DNA from: Bdellovibrionota bacterium
Lineage (GTDB): Bacteria > Bdellovibrionota_C > UBA2361 > CAKMMH01
Length of the DNA stretch: 64,000 nt
Direction of reading: 5' to 3'
Assembly (NCBI GenBank): GCA_050952645.1
Contig: JBMNLI010000009.1
Coordinates: 9,037 to 73,036 of the forward strand
The first letter of the stretch is position 1, and every line of letters starts with the position of its first letter. Below the pieces are notes generated by a model. The model was not told where the DNA came from, ran no database searches, and saw only the letters and a list, made by a program, of their open reading frames with translations. A program made the translations under genes and the position numbers. Shown piece by piece: positions 50,646 through 60,827 of the stretch.

Positions 50646-53339
50646 CTAGTTTTTATTTACCTTACTAGTTTTAGAATTACTAGTTTTAGAAGTATTAGCC
50701 TTAGTCTTGCTAGTTTCTTTTTTAGCTTTTTCTTTTTTATTTTTTTCTTTATTGTTTTTTTCTTTTATTTCACCTTTCTCTTCACTCTCATTTTCTAAAC
50801 TAGCAAGTTTTATAGCTCTAGCTTGTAAAAGTGAAATAGCATCATCTAAACTTATCTCATCTATATTATACCCAACTGGCACTGATGCATTTATTTTTCC
50901 ATTAGTCACGTATGGACCATAGACACCAGATTTTAAATATATAGTTTCCTCAGATACTAAATCTTTTCCTAACTCCTTATTTAACGTGTTTTTTCTTCCC
51001 CTACCACGCCTTTTAGGCTCATGTAAAATAGAAATAGCCTCGTTTAACGTAATCTCAATAGGAGAAATATCCCCTAAACTTCTAGTCTCCTTTCCAGCTT
51101 GAATATAAGGACCAAATTTGCCATTAGCAACTATTATATCTTCATTATTATCGGGAAAAACACCGAGAATTTTAGGAAGCTCTAAAAGTTTTAGCGCTAC
51201 ATCTAGAGAAACATCTTCAAGTTTCATATTTGAAAGAAGTGAAACCATCTTAGGTTCTTCATCGTTCTCACCAAGTTGAACGTAAGGACCAAAACGCCCA
51301 GTTTTAACGTAAATGTTTTTCCCATCTTTTCCCTTTCCTAAAGACACTGGGCCTTTTCTCGCTATCTCTAAAAGCTCCTTTGCTTTTTCGAGCGTAAGCT
51401 CATCTGGGCACATCATATTAGGAAGAGCAGACGTTACCTCACCATCGGTTAAAAAAGGACCAAATTTTCCTATCCTTACCTCTATAGTTTTTTCGCCATC
51501 TTTCCCTATAAATATTCCACAAGCAACCTTAGGGTCTATAACCTCTTCACCTCTTTTAACTAAAGCTTCTAAACCTAAAGTAGAATTGCCAAAATAAAAA
51601 TCACTTAAATAATTTATATTATTTTTTTCTCCCCTAGCTATAGCATCTAAATCATCTTCTAAATTAGCAGTAAATTTATAATCCACTAACTCACTAAAAT
51701 CTTTCTCCATTAAACTAGTAACCGCCATTCCTAAAAATGTAGGAACTAAAGCGTGTTGCTTTTTAAAAGCGTAAGTCCTTGAAAGAACCACATCGACTAT
51801 AGTCGCCCAAGTGCTAGGTCTTCCAATTCCCCTACTTTCAAGCTCTTTAATTAAACTTCCTTCAGTATATCTATAAGGTGGCTCGGTGTCGTGTGAAAGC
51901 GATGTAAGAGAATTTATATTTAACTCTTCACCTAACTCTAGCTTAGGAAGCATGCCTTCTGCTTCCTCTCCCTTAGCTTTATCTCCCTTACTTTCATCTT
52001 CACTATAAGCCCTTAAATGCCCTAAAAATTTCACCACCTTTCCTGAAGCTTTAAATATAGCATCTCTGCAATTTAACTCTACATTTACACGCTCTCCTAG
52101 GGCATCTTTCATTTGGGAAGCAAGTGTTCTTTTATAAATCATCTCATAAAGTTTAGAAGCCTCAATTCCAAGTTTAGCCTTAACTTCACTTATAGGGGTA
52201 AATGATGAGCCAGCAGGTCTTATAGCCTCATGAGCTTCTTGAGCATTTCTTACTTGCGTCTTATACACACGGGCATTAGGCGATAAATATTCCTCTCCAT
52301 ACTCTTTTTTAATAAGCGTTTTACAAGCACTTAAAGCCTCAGTGGAAAGATTAGTCGAGTCGGTTCTCATATACGTAATAAAACCGTTTTCATATAGAGA
52401 TTGGGCTACTTGCATAGTCATTTTTGCTGTAAACTTTAATCTTTTATTTGCTTCTTGTTGTAAACTAGACGTTACGAACGGTGCTTGCGGTTTAGTTATA
52501 AAATCTTTTTTTACTATCGAAGATACTACTACTTTTTCTTTTTTTAATTTAGCTTCTAACTCTTTTGCGCTTTTCTCATTTAATAAAATTACATTATCAC
52601 TATTTAATAATTTACCAGTTGTAGGTTCAAAATCTTTAGAAAGCGCTACTTTTTTACCGCCAACGCTAGAAAGCATAGCCTCAAAACTTTCGCCCTTTTC
52701 TTTTTTAGAAAAAACTCCCTTTATATCCCAGTAATTTGCAGATTTAAAATTTATGCGTTCCCTTTCTCTTTCAACTAATAGTCTTATCGCAACGCTTTGC
52801 ACTCGCCCAGCACTTAAGCGTGGCACCATTTTTTTCCAAAGTAGCGGAGAGACAGTATAACCAAAAAGTCTATCTATAAAACGCCTAGTTTCTTGAGCTT
52901 TAACTAAATTATCATCTATTTCTATAGTATTATTTAACGCTTCATCGATAGCTTTTTTAGTAATCTCATTAAATAGCAATCTTTTTACAGGAACTTTTGG
53001 TTTTAACACTTTTAGTAAATGCCAACTTATAGACTCTCCCTCCCTATCACCATCAGTTGCTAACAATAAATAATCTGCTTCTTTTAATAATTTTTTAAGC
53101 TCTGCTACCTTCTTTTTTTTACTAGCTGGAATTACGTATAATGGCTCAAAATTATTCTCAACATTTATACCTAATCTAGTCCATTTTTCCTTTTTAACCT
53201 CTTCTGGGATTTCACTAGCATTATTAGGTAAATCTCGAACATGCCCGAAAGAGGCTTCTACTATATAATTATCTCCTAGAAACTTTCTTATAGTTTTTGC
53301 CTTAGTAGGCGACTCAACTATTACTAACGATTTTGACAT
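50646..53339 (-). CDS. topA: DNA topoisomerase I with C-terminal repeats
   Basis: IVESPTKAKTI, ATDGDREGESI, SAGRVQS, ITYMRTDS, GIGRPST, GxFGPY repeats. Confidence 0.98.
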   Translation of the reverse strand: MSKSLVIVESPTKAKTIRKFLGDNYIVEASFGHVRDLPNNASEIPEEVKKEKWTRLGINVENNFEPLYVIPASKKKKVAELKKLLKEADYLLLATDGDREGESISWHLLKVLKPKVPVKRLLFNEITKKAIDEALNNTIEIDDNLVKAQETRRFIDRLFGYTVSPLLWKKMVPRLSAGRVQSVAIRLLVERERERINFKSANYWDIKGVFSKKEKGESFEAMLSSVGGKKVALSKDFEPTTGKLLNSDNVILLNEKSAKELEAKLKKEKVVVSSIVKKDFITKPQAPFVTSSLQQEANKRLKFTAKMTMQVAQSLYENGFITYMRTDSTNLSTEALSACKTLIKKEYGEEYLSPNARVYKTQVRNAQEAHEAIRPAGSSFTPISEVKAKLGIEASKLYEMIYKRTLASQMKDALGERVNVELNCRDAIFKASGKVVKFLGHLRAYSEDESKGDKAKGEEAEGMLPKLELGEELNINSLTSLSHDTEPPYRYTEGSLIKELESRGIGRPSTWATIVDVVLSRTYAFKKQHALVPTFLGMAVTSLMEKDFSELVDYKFTANLEDDLDAIARGEKNNINYLSDFYFGNSTLGLEALVKRGEEVIDPKVACGIFIGKDGEKTIEVRIGKFGPFLTDGEVTSALPNMMCPDELTLEKAKELLEIARKGPVSLGKGKDGKNIYVKTGRFGPYVQLGENDEEPKMVSLLSNMKLEDVSLDVALKLLELPKILGVFPDNNEDIIVANGKFGPYIQAGKETRSLGDISPIEITLNEAISILHEPKRRGRGRKNTLNKELGKDLVSEETIYLKSGVYGPYVTNGKINASVPVGYNIDEISLDDAISLLQARAIKLASLENESEEKGEIKEKNNKEKNKKEKAKKETSKTKANTSKTSNSKTSKVNKN

Positions 53340-53668
53340 ACTTAACTTTAAATCCTAATATTTAATAACAATTTTAATAATCTAATAAAAATTACAACTT
53401 TTTTAAAAAAAAACAAAAGTGGATTTTAACAAATAAAAATTACTTAGTATACTATATAAATAACTTTAAGAAAAAAATGTCAACCATTTATATTTAATAT
53501 TTACATTACTAAATAATAAATTTAAAAATTAAACTTAGCTATAAAAATAAAGTTATCAATAAAAAAAATTAACTGTGGATAATACACATAACATACTATT
53601 ATTAAATAGTTTTTTACTTTTTTTTACTATTATATTAAGGTAAAAATTTAAGGCTTTTTATAAACTTA

Positions 53669-54763
53669 TCAACAAGCTTCGGTAAGTTTTCCACAGGAGA
53701 TGTGGAAAACTTTTGATATATCTTTCTGCTCTAGAAAATCTAATATATTCTTATTAACACCACTTATAAACACTTGTTCAGTCTGGTTAAATATAGTAGC
53801 TACTAACATTTCTCGCCTTTTATCGTCTAGCTCCGAGTCTACATCATCTAAAAGCACTATTGGGGATTCTTTTAAAACCTCTTCTAATAGCTTTAAAACG
53901 CCTAGTTTTAGCGATAACACTATACTTCTTACTTGCCCCTGAGAAGAATACTTTTTAGACTCTCTATCACCTAAAAACATTAGTAAATCATCCCTATGAA
54001 CGCCTACTAAAACTCTTTTAAACATAAGCTCTTGTCTTAAGTAGGAATTATATCTATTAAAAAGCCCCTCTTTAGATACTTCATTTTTAAAATTATTCTT
54101 TAAAACTAAATTTAGCTTCCCATCGTGTGGGGCTATAGTTGAATATATATCCTTAGCCTTATCCTCTAAATTCCTTAAAAATTCCACTCTTTTTTGCTGT
54201 ATAAAAAATCCACACTCGGCTAAAATCTTATTCCAAGGAATCACCTCTTTTTGAGATGCTCCTTGCTTAATAAGTATAATTTTATTTCTTAAAGCTTTTT
54301 TATACTGCAAAAGATAGTTTAAATATAGTGGCTCATAATCACTAATATGCTTATCTAAAAATCTTCTTCTAAGTTCAGATGCCCCCCTTACCATCAAAAG
54401 GTCATTAGGAGAAAAGGAGATGCAAATTAAATTTCTTATAAAATTATTTAAAGACTTTTCTTCCTGATGCTCTATAAAAAGTTTTCTGCCTTGGTTTCTA
54501 AAAAAAGATACACCAATATTTTTAGTAATATCACCATCTTTAATATCGGCAAACACTGAGGCTTCATTGTTTGGAAATGAGATAAAATCCTCAGTTTTTG
54601 CCGGTCTAAATGATTTAGTAATAGAGAGTATGTAAAGTGCTTCTAGTAAATTAGTTTTTCCCTCTCCATTATTTCCATAAATTAAATTTATCTTATTAGA
54701 AAAGTTTATATTTTGATCTTTTAAATTTCTAAATTGATATAAATATAATTTATCTACTATCAT
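53669..54763 (-). CDS. recF: DNA replication/repair protein RecF
   Basis: GNNGEGKTNLLEA, GVHRDDL, SSQGQ, LLDDVDSELD. Confidence 0.97.
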   Translation of the reverse strand: MIVDKLYLYQFRNLKDQNINFSNKINLIYGNNGEGKTNLLEALYILSITKSFRPAKTEDFISFPNNEASVFADIKDGDITKNIGVSFFRNQGRKLFIEHQEEKSLNNFIRNLICISFSPNDLLMVRGASELRRRFLDKHISDYEPLYLNYLLQYKKALRNKIILIKQGASQKEVIPWNKILAECGFFIQQKRVEFLRNLEDKAKDIYSTIAPHDGKLNLVLKNNFKNEVSKEGLFNRYNSYLRQELMFKRVLVGVHRDDLLMFLGDRESKKYSSQGQVRSIVLSLKLGVLKLLEEVLKESPIVLLDDVDSELDDKRREMLVATIFNQTEQVFISGVNKNILDFLEQKDISKVFHISCGKLTEAC

Positions 54764-54783
54764 TTAATATTATCTAAAATTAT

Positions 54784-55923
54784 CTAATTTACATTAATAC
54801 GTATAGGCATTAAGTAAGCAACGCTCGATTTATCCTCAGGAGAGAAAATCTTTATAGGTTTTAATTGACCGAAAAGCTCAAAAACTACCGTTTCACCGCC
54901 TAAGTATGAAACTAAATCGAGTAAGTATTTTGGGTTAAAACCTAAGTCTACAGGGTCTTTATTATATTTAATTTCTATTTCATCTTTTGCCTCTCCAATC
55001 CCAGGGTTTGTGCTAGTCATAGTTAAGCAATTGTCTTCAAAGTGAAATAGCATTTTTTTATCTTTCTCAGAGTTCATTATAGTCATTCTTTTTAATGAGT
55101 TCATTATTACATTAGTATCAAACTCTACTTTAATAGATTTTCCCTTAGGCACAGCGTAATTATAATCAGGGAATTTCGCATCTATTAGGCGCATTCCCAT
55201 TTTTTGCGTTTCAGTTTCTACTACTAACAAAGAGTCCGTTATCTCTATAAGTATTTCTTCGTCGCCTAACTCTTCTAAAATCTTCTTTAACTCAAAAACT
55301 CCCTTTTTAGGAATTATTATTCCATCTTTTAAACAAGGTATTTTTACCTCTCTAGTCGCTATGGCCAATCTATGCCCATCTGTTGCAACGGCCCTTACGA
55401 CCTCTTTTTTATCGTCTTCTTCTAATGTTCCTTTTTCTAAAAACACACCATTTAAACTCCATCTAGCCTCATCATTAGAAACTGCAAACGAGGTGCTATC
55501 AAACATACTTAACAAAACCGATGCAGGTATTTTATGCTTTGCTTTTATATCGTTAGTTGGGAAACTAGGAAAAGCCTCAGAACTAATACATAAGATTTTA
55601 AGTTTAGCTTTAGCCGACGTTATAGATAAAATCTCCCCCTCTTCTAACTCTAATAAAATATCTTCTTCGGGAAGTTCTTTTATTATATCGGAAAACATTT
55701 TTGCATTAACTGTCGTGCTTCCATTTTCTATAACGTTTGCTTTAATCTTTGAAATTATAGTTATCTCCATATCAGAAGAAGAAACCGTTAAAATACCATC
55801 TTTAGCATCTAACATGGCATTTTGTAGAATTGGCATGGTAGAGCGTTTTTCTACAATATTTTGACTTACTTGCATTACTTTATTGATATCTTGTTTTTGA
55901 ATAACTAATTTCATACTTTTCAC
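54784..55923 (-). CDS. dnaN: DNA polymerase III beta clamp
   Basis: STMPIL, VATDGHRLA, RLIDAKFPDY, GFNPKYLLD, LMPIR. Confidence 0.98.
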   Translation of the reverse strand: MKSMKLVIQKQDINKVMQVSQNIVEKRSTMPILQNAMLDAKDGILTVSSSDMEITIISKIKANVIENGSTTVNAKMFSDIIKELPEEDILLELEEGEILSITSAKAKLKILCISSEAFPSFPTNDIKAKHKIPASVLLSMFDSTSFAVSNDEARWSLNGVFLEKGTLEEDDKKEVVRAVATDGHRLAIATREVKIPCLKDGIIIPKKGVFELKKILEELGDEEILIEITDSLLVVETETQKMGMRLIDAKFPDYNYAVPKGKSIKVEFDTNVIMNSLKRMTIMNSEKDKKMLFHFEDNCLTMTSTNPGIGEAKDEIEIKYNKDPVDLGFNPKYLLDLVSYLGGETVVFELFGQLKPIKIFSPEDKSSVAYLMPIRINVN

Positions 55924-55929
55924 CCATTT

Positions 55930-57270
55930 AAGAAAACATAAAAGAAAAATATATAATATTTTAGGAGAATACTAACACAGGATAATATATCAAAAAATAA
56001 ACTAATTTTAAAGCAAAAAAAGAAAGATAATTAACAAAGTTATTAACAATTGTGAATAACTTTGTTAATATATTGAAAATATTACCATCTTTTTAATAAA
56101 TAATTTTTAAAATTACCAAACAAATCATATTTTCTACATATTATATACAGAATTTTTCACTTTTTCTTAACATACAAAATATAAAGATTTCAATATATTA
56201 TACCACTTATAAACAGATATAGTGTCCTATATAAAGAAACTATTAACAAATAATAAACGCTTTTCACAAGTTTTTATATAAATTGTTTTAAAAAGTTATA
56301 CACATCGTTATCAACAATGTTGATAACTTTTATAACTTATTAAATTATTTAATTTTTAGATGTTATTTTTGGTGTGTAAAATATGATGATAAACCATACT
56401 ACCTTATCTTATCAACATTTAATAACAAAAAACTAACAAAGTAGTAAACACTTTATAAACAAAAAATATATAATATTTTCAATGTTATATACTACTTATA
56501 AACAATAAAGGAAAATATCATTTAATTTTATAAACACTTAAAAAAAACACTTATTCACAATAACTATTTGTTTTTATTAAATAATTTTCTATTTTCTATT
56601 ACTATTATTATTAATATTTATATATATAGTAGTAATAGTAGTAGGGGGAGCGATTTTCTGTTGAAAAGTTAGTTAATTATTTAATTCTATTAGATAAAGT
56701 TTGTAAGTAAACTGTTTGTTGTAATTAGAATAATTTTAGAAGTTTTTCACAATTTTAAAGGTTTCTCCACAACTCTATTTTTTTATCCACATTTTACGCT
56801 ATTTTCTCCCAAGCTTTTACAAATGTTATCCAATAGTTATTAACAACTTTTCCACTAGGAAAAAGCGAGTAAAAATAGAGTAAAAAAAAAGGTTCTTCAC
56901 GTTTTGAGTGGGTTAGAGAGTCTGTCTTCTAATGCAAATTGACAAAATTATTTTATAATACTGTTATTGTTTTATTAAAATAATAGTTAATTTTATTGGT
57001 AAAATAAATATTAGAGTTGTTAGGAAAAGTTATCCATAACTGATAACTTGACCTAGCAATTAAAAGCTAAAAGTCGAGCTGTCAGGCTGTTTATAACTTT
57101 CACAAAGACTCCGTTAAACAAAATGGCGTTTTGTTTCTCCTCGGAGGCCATCCAAAACGTGAAGAATCTAAAAAAAGGAGTAAAAATAAAAAGTAAAAAA
57201 AGAAAGAGAATTATTAGTTTTAGTAAACCCTAGGTAAACTTTAAGGAAGTTTTTATAACTTTTATAAAGC
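55930..57270. other. Probable oriC (dnaA-dnaN intergenic region)
   Basis: 1.35-kb AT-rich non-coding gap with DnaA boxes: tgtgaataa 56051, ttatacaca 56296, ttattcaca 56551, tttttcaca 56743, ttctccaca 56763, ttatccaca 56783, plus several ttatcaaca. Confidence 0.88.
56891..57168 (+). mobile_element. MITE family A ends enclosing an unrelated ~230-bp interior
   Basis: ggttcttcacgttttgagtgggttag ... ccaaaacgtgaagaatc; t(a)n on both flanks. Confidence 0.75.
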
Positions 57271-57274
57271 TTTC

Positions 57275-58835
57275 TTAACTTAGTAAGCTTTTTTCTATCT
57301 CTTTTATAATATTAGCAGTTTCAGGTTCTTTTTCTAATTTTTTAGAAACAACGTTTGTAGCATGTATAACGCTTGAATGGTCTCTTCCTCCAAACTTGCC
57401 TCCTATTTCTGGGTAAGAGCAAGTAGTATGTTTCCTACAAAGGTACATTGCGATATGTCTAGGAAATGATAAATTCCTAGTTCTTCTTTTTGAAATAATA
57501 TCTGATACTTTTATATTAAAGTGGTTTGAAACTGCGCCTTTAATATCATCTATGGTGATATTTATTTTTTTTGGCTTGTATAGATGCTGAAAAACATTTT
57601 CTGCTAGCTCAATACTAATTGGAACATTTTGTAAGCTACTAAAAGCGTGAAGCCTAGTTAAAGCGCCTTCTAACTCACGCACATTAGTGAAAATATGCTC
57701 AGCTATCCAATAAGCGACGTCTTCATTTATAGAAAAGCCTTCACTCTCAGCTTTTCTTTTTAAAATAGCTACTCTAGTTTCAAAATCTGGAGCTTGCACA
57801 TCTGCAATAAGTCCCCAAGAGAACCTAGTTAAAAGTCTTTCTTCGATTAGGGGAATATCTACGGGCATTTTATCCGATGTAATTACTATTTGATTTTTTG
57901 CATTATATAAAGCGTTAAAAGTGTGGAAAAACTCCTCTTGGGTGCTATCCTTTCCTACAAGAAATTGTATATCATCTATAAGGAGAACATCTATATTCCT
58001 TATAACTTCCCTAAAATTAGCCATCTTGCCAATTTTTATTCCCATTACAACATCATTTACAAAATATTCCGATGGGATATAAACTACCTTGTAATCTGGA
58101 TAATTAGCAAGGATTTCATTACCTATGGCGTGTAAAAGGTGCGTTTTTCCAAGCCCAGAGCTACCGTAAATAAAAAGAGGATTGTAAGTTTTCCCAGGAT
58201 TTTTTGCTACCTGCTCTGCTGCTGCGTGGCAAAATTGGTTATTATTTCCTACTACAAAATCTGAAAATCTGTAGTTTGAATTTAATAGCGAGGTTAATAT
58301 ATTCCATTTGATATCGCTAGTAATTCCTGATTGCATTCGCTGTTTTCATTATTTCTAGTCTTGTTTTTATAAGTATTATTGTTATATGAATCGTTATTAT
58401 ACGGATTGTAAGCGTTATTAGTAGATAGGTTCTCTTTTGTATTTTCACTATTAAAACCGTTTGGAGACTGAAGGTTTTTAATATTATTATATTGAATGTT
58501 ATTTGGTGCAGGGCGTTTTACTACTGTAATAGGTGGTTGTTTCTTTTTTATATTAGGATTTTCTCTAAATTTTAAGTTTACATCATACCCTAAAATTTCA
58601 TTTAAATTATTTGTGATTAAATACTTAAACTGTTGGTCTACATATTTTGATATAAATTTACTAGGTGTGTAAATTATAGCGGGTGCACGATGCTTCATCA
58701 AAATCTTCTATAATTAAATTTTCTATATAAGATTTAAAAACTTTGTGGGTTTAATTGTTTACTAAGTTTGATTAGACATCGATCCCAAGCATCTATAAAG
58801 GATGAAGATATAGTTTTTAATGTATTATCCGTCAT
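57275..58835 (-). CDS. dnaA: Chromosomal replication initiator DnaA (at least 3 frameshifts in the 5' part, probably sequencing errors)
   Basis: YNPLFIYGSSGLGKTHL, LLIDDIQFL, NVRELEGAL, GGRDHSSV; N-terminus MTDNTL..AWDRCL from ATG 58835. Confidence 0.95.
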
Positions 58836-59348
58836 TACTTAAAGTTAAATTACTCTTAAAATATTACCCTTAAAATATATGTAAATTAAAATATATAAAT
58901 CAAATGTAAGCTATAAAATTAAAGTCGTTTTTTTTTGTATTTTGTGGAAAACTTTTCTGTAAAAACTTTTTCTAAAGTTATTAACACCTTGTTAATAACC
59001 TGTGAATATTTATTATTTATAAAACTATAAAGATATAAAGAGGTTAGATTAAATATCCACAAATCATAAATGTTATTAAACCTGTTTTTATATAATTTAT
59101 CAAGTATAAAACAAAAAAATTTTCAAATATGGCGTAAGTTATTATAAATAAAAAATAAAAATAAATACTAGTAGATTTTTAGTATTTATTATATTCTTTG
59201 TTTTAGTTGTTTTTTTTTAATGACTTTAGTAGTTTTAATAATTTATATATAATCTTAAATTTTATTTATTAAATAAAGGTAAACGATTTTTAAAATATAT
59301 CATCTAAATTTATATTATCTGAAGTCTAGGTTTTTATAAAAAAATTAT

Positions 59349-60073
59349 ATGAAATAAATTAATCGATGGACATTATACATATTTTAATAGTTTAGTTGAG
59401 GCAGGAGTTTTAACTCCTCCAAAAGTAAAAATGGTAATTGCTATTATTTTAGGGTTATTCTTATACTTATTAGGGTGCTCTCTAAGAAGAAGATTAAATA
59501 GTGAAGAAAAAATAAAAAAAGAAATTATACCGAGTGGAAAATTTACTGGATTTTCATTTTTCGATTTTTTTATAGGAAAATTTATGGGTTTTTATGATAC
59601 CGTTTTAGGTGATAAAGAGAGAGTGCATTTACCATTTATAGCGACAGTTTTTTATGTTTATTCTTTTTTCAAACTTGTTAGCCTTAATCCCTGGGATGCC
59701 TGCTATTACTACTACAGTACAAGTTAATGTTGGTATGGCACTAGTTACGTTTATATATTTTAATTACCAAGGAGTTAAAGCTCATGGATTTTTGGGATAT
59801 TTAAAACATTTTTGTGGCCCGATGCTCGCAATCGCTTGGCTTATATTCCCATTAGAAATTTTTAGCACGACATTAAGAATATTAACTTTAAATTTAAGGC
59901 TTTATTGGAACGTCACGGCAGACCATGTAATGCTTAGTGTTGTTACGGATAATGTATGCAAATATTTTGCTCCTAGTCTTCTTTATATTTTAGGAGTGTT
60001 TGTATCTTTTATGCAGGCATTCGTTTTTACAACGCTAAATATGATATATATAAATCTTGCTACAGACCATTAA
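59349..60073 (+). CDS. atpB: ATP synthase F0 subunit a (2 frameshifts, probably errors)
   Basis: FILFSNLLALIPG, LTLNLRLYWNVTADH, MQAFVFTTLNMIYI; ORFs 59431 and 59654 are consecutive parts. Confidence 0.9.
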
Positions 60074-60273
60074 AAAGCTTTAATATACTTTAAATATTCT
60101 AAGCGAAATATACTAGATGAAATATATTAAGTTAAATATACTTAAGTGTGTTTTTTTGCTTTATTTTTTTAAATTTTTATTTTGTAAAATACCAAGTAAG
60201 GTCTTTAAATAAAATTTTTGAAAAAGATTTTTTTGGTTATTTTGTGGTTTAATTATTTTAGGAGTATTTTAAG

Positions 60274-60609
60274 ATGAAAAAAATATTTTAATAAGTTAGC
60301 GTTGTTATTAGTAGCAATATCTACTTCACCTTTAATGGCTTTTGCGCAAGAAGAACTTGCCGATGCAGCTAGCGAGGTTGCCCAAGGTAAAGACTGGGCA
60401 GTAATACTTTCCGGTGCTGCAGTGATGGCAGTTGCGGTAGTTGCTGGAACGGTATCTCAAGGAAAGGCTCTTTCGGTTTGTTTAGAATATATTGGAAGAA
60501 ATCCTGAAACTGCTAGTAAGATGTTTACCCCCAATGATTATCGGTTTAGCTATGATTGAGTCTTTAGTAGTTTTATCTTTCGTTATTGCGATTTTAAACC
60601 ATTCTTTAA
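60274..60609 (+). CDS. atpE: ATP synthase F0 subunit c (frameshifted, probably errors)
   Basis: AGGAG RBS; QGKAL..IGRNPE..MIIGLAMIESLVVLSFVIA. Confidence 0.9.
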
Positions 60610-60623
60610 TAATAAAAATAATT

Positions 60624-60757
60624 AATTCTTTACGTTTAAGGTGGGGTTTAAAAATTTTTTTTAGGTTAGCTTAAAAATCAATTTTCTTTTAAACTTCTTA
60701 AGATGGTTTATAATGCTAATTTTAAAATCTAAAACCATCTTTAAAACGTGAAGAATT
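60624..60757 (+). mobile_element. Degenerate MITE family A copy
   Basis: aattctttacgtttaaggtgggg..ggttagcttaaaa..caattttctttt..ctaattttaa..taaaacgtgaagaatt. Confidence 0.75.
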
Positions 60758-60827
60758 AAATTAATTTAAAAAAAGCTTTTTACTTTGCAAGTTTTTTGTT
60801 TAGGGAATTTGTAAGGTAGAAGCTTTT

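Noticed and set aside
1047..58135. Short ORFs antisense to known genes (e.g. 1126, 5060, 6796, 9904, 20688, 24833, 52342, 55361) and ORF 26687-26944
   Set aside because: Most overlap well-supported genes on the opposite strand and have the low-complexity F/S/L composition expected of shadow frames. ORF 26687-26944 is mostly intergenic, with no clear RBS or motif.
60274..60609. Na+-translocating ATP synthase
   Set aside because: Q and ES are present, but the downstream T/Y of the sodium signature are not, and the region is error-prone.
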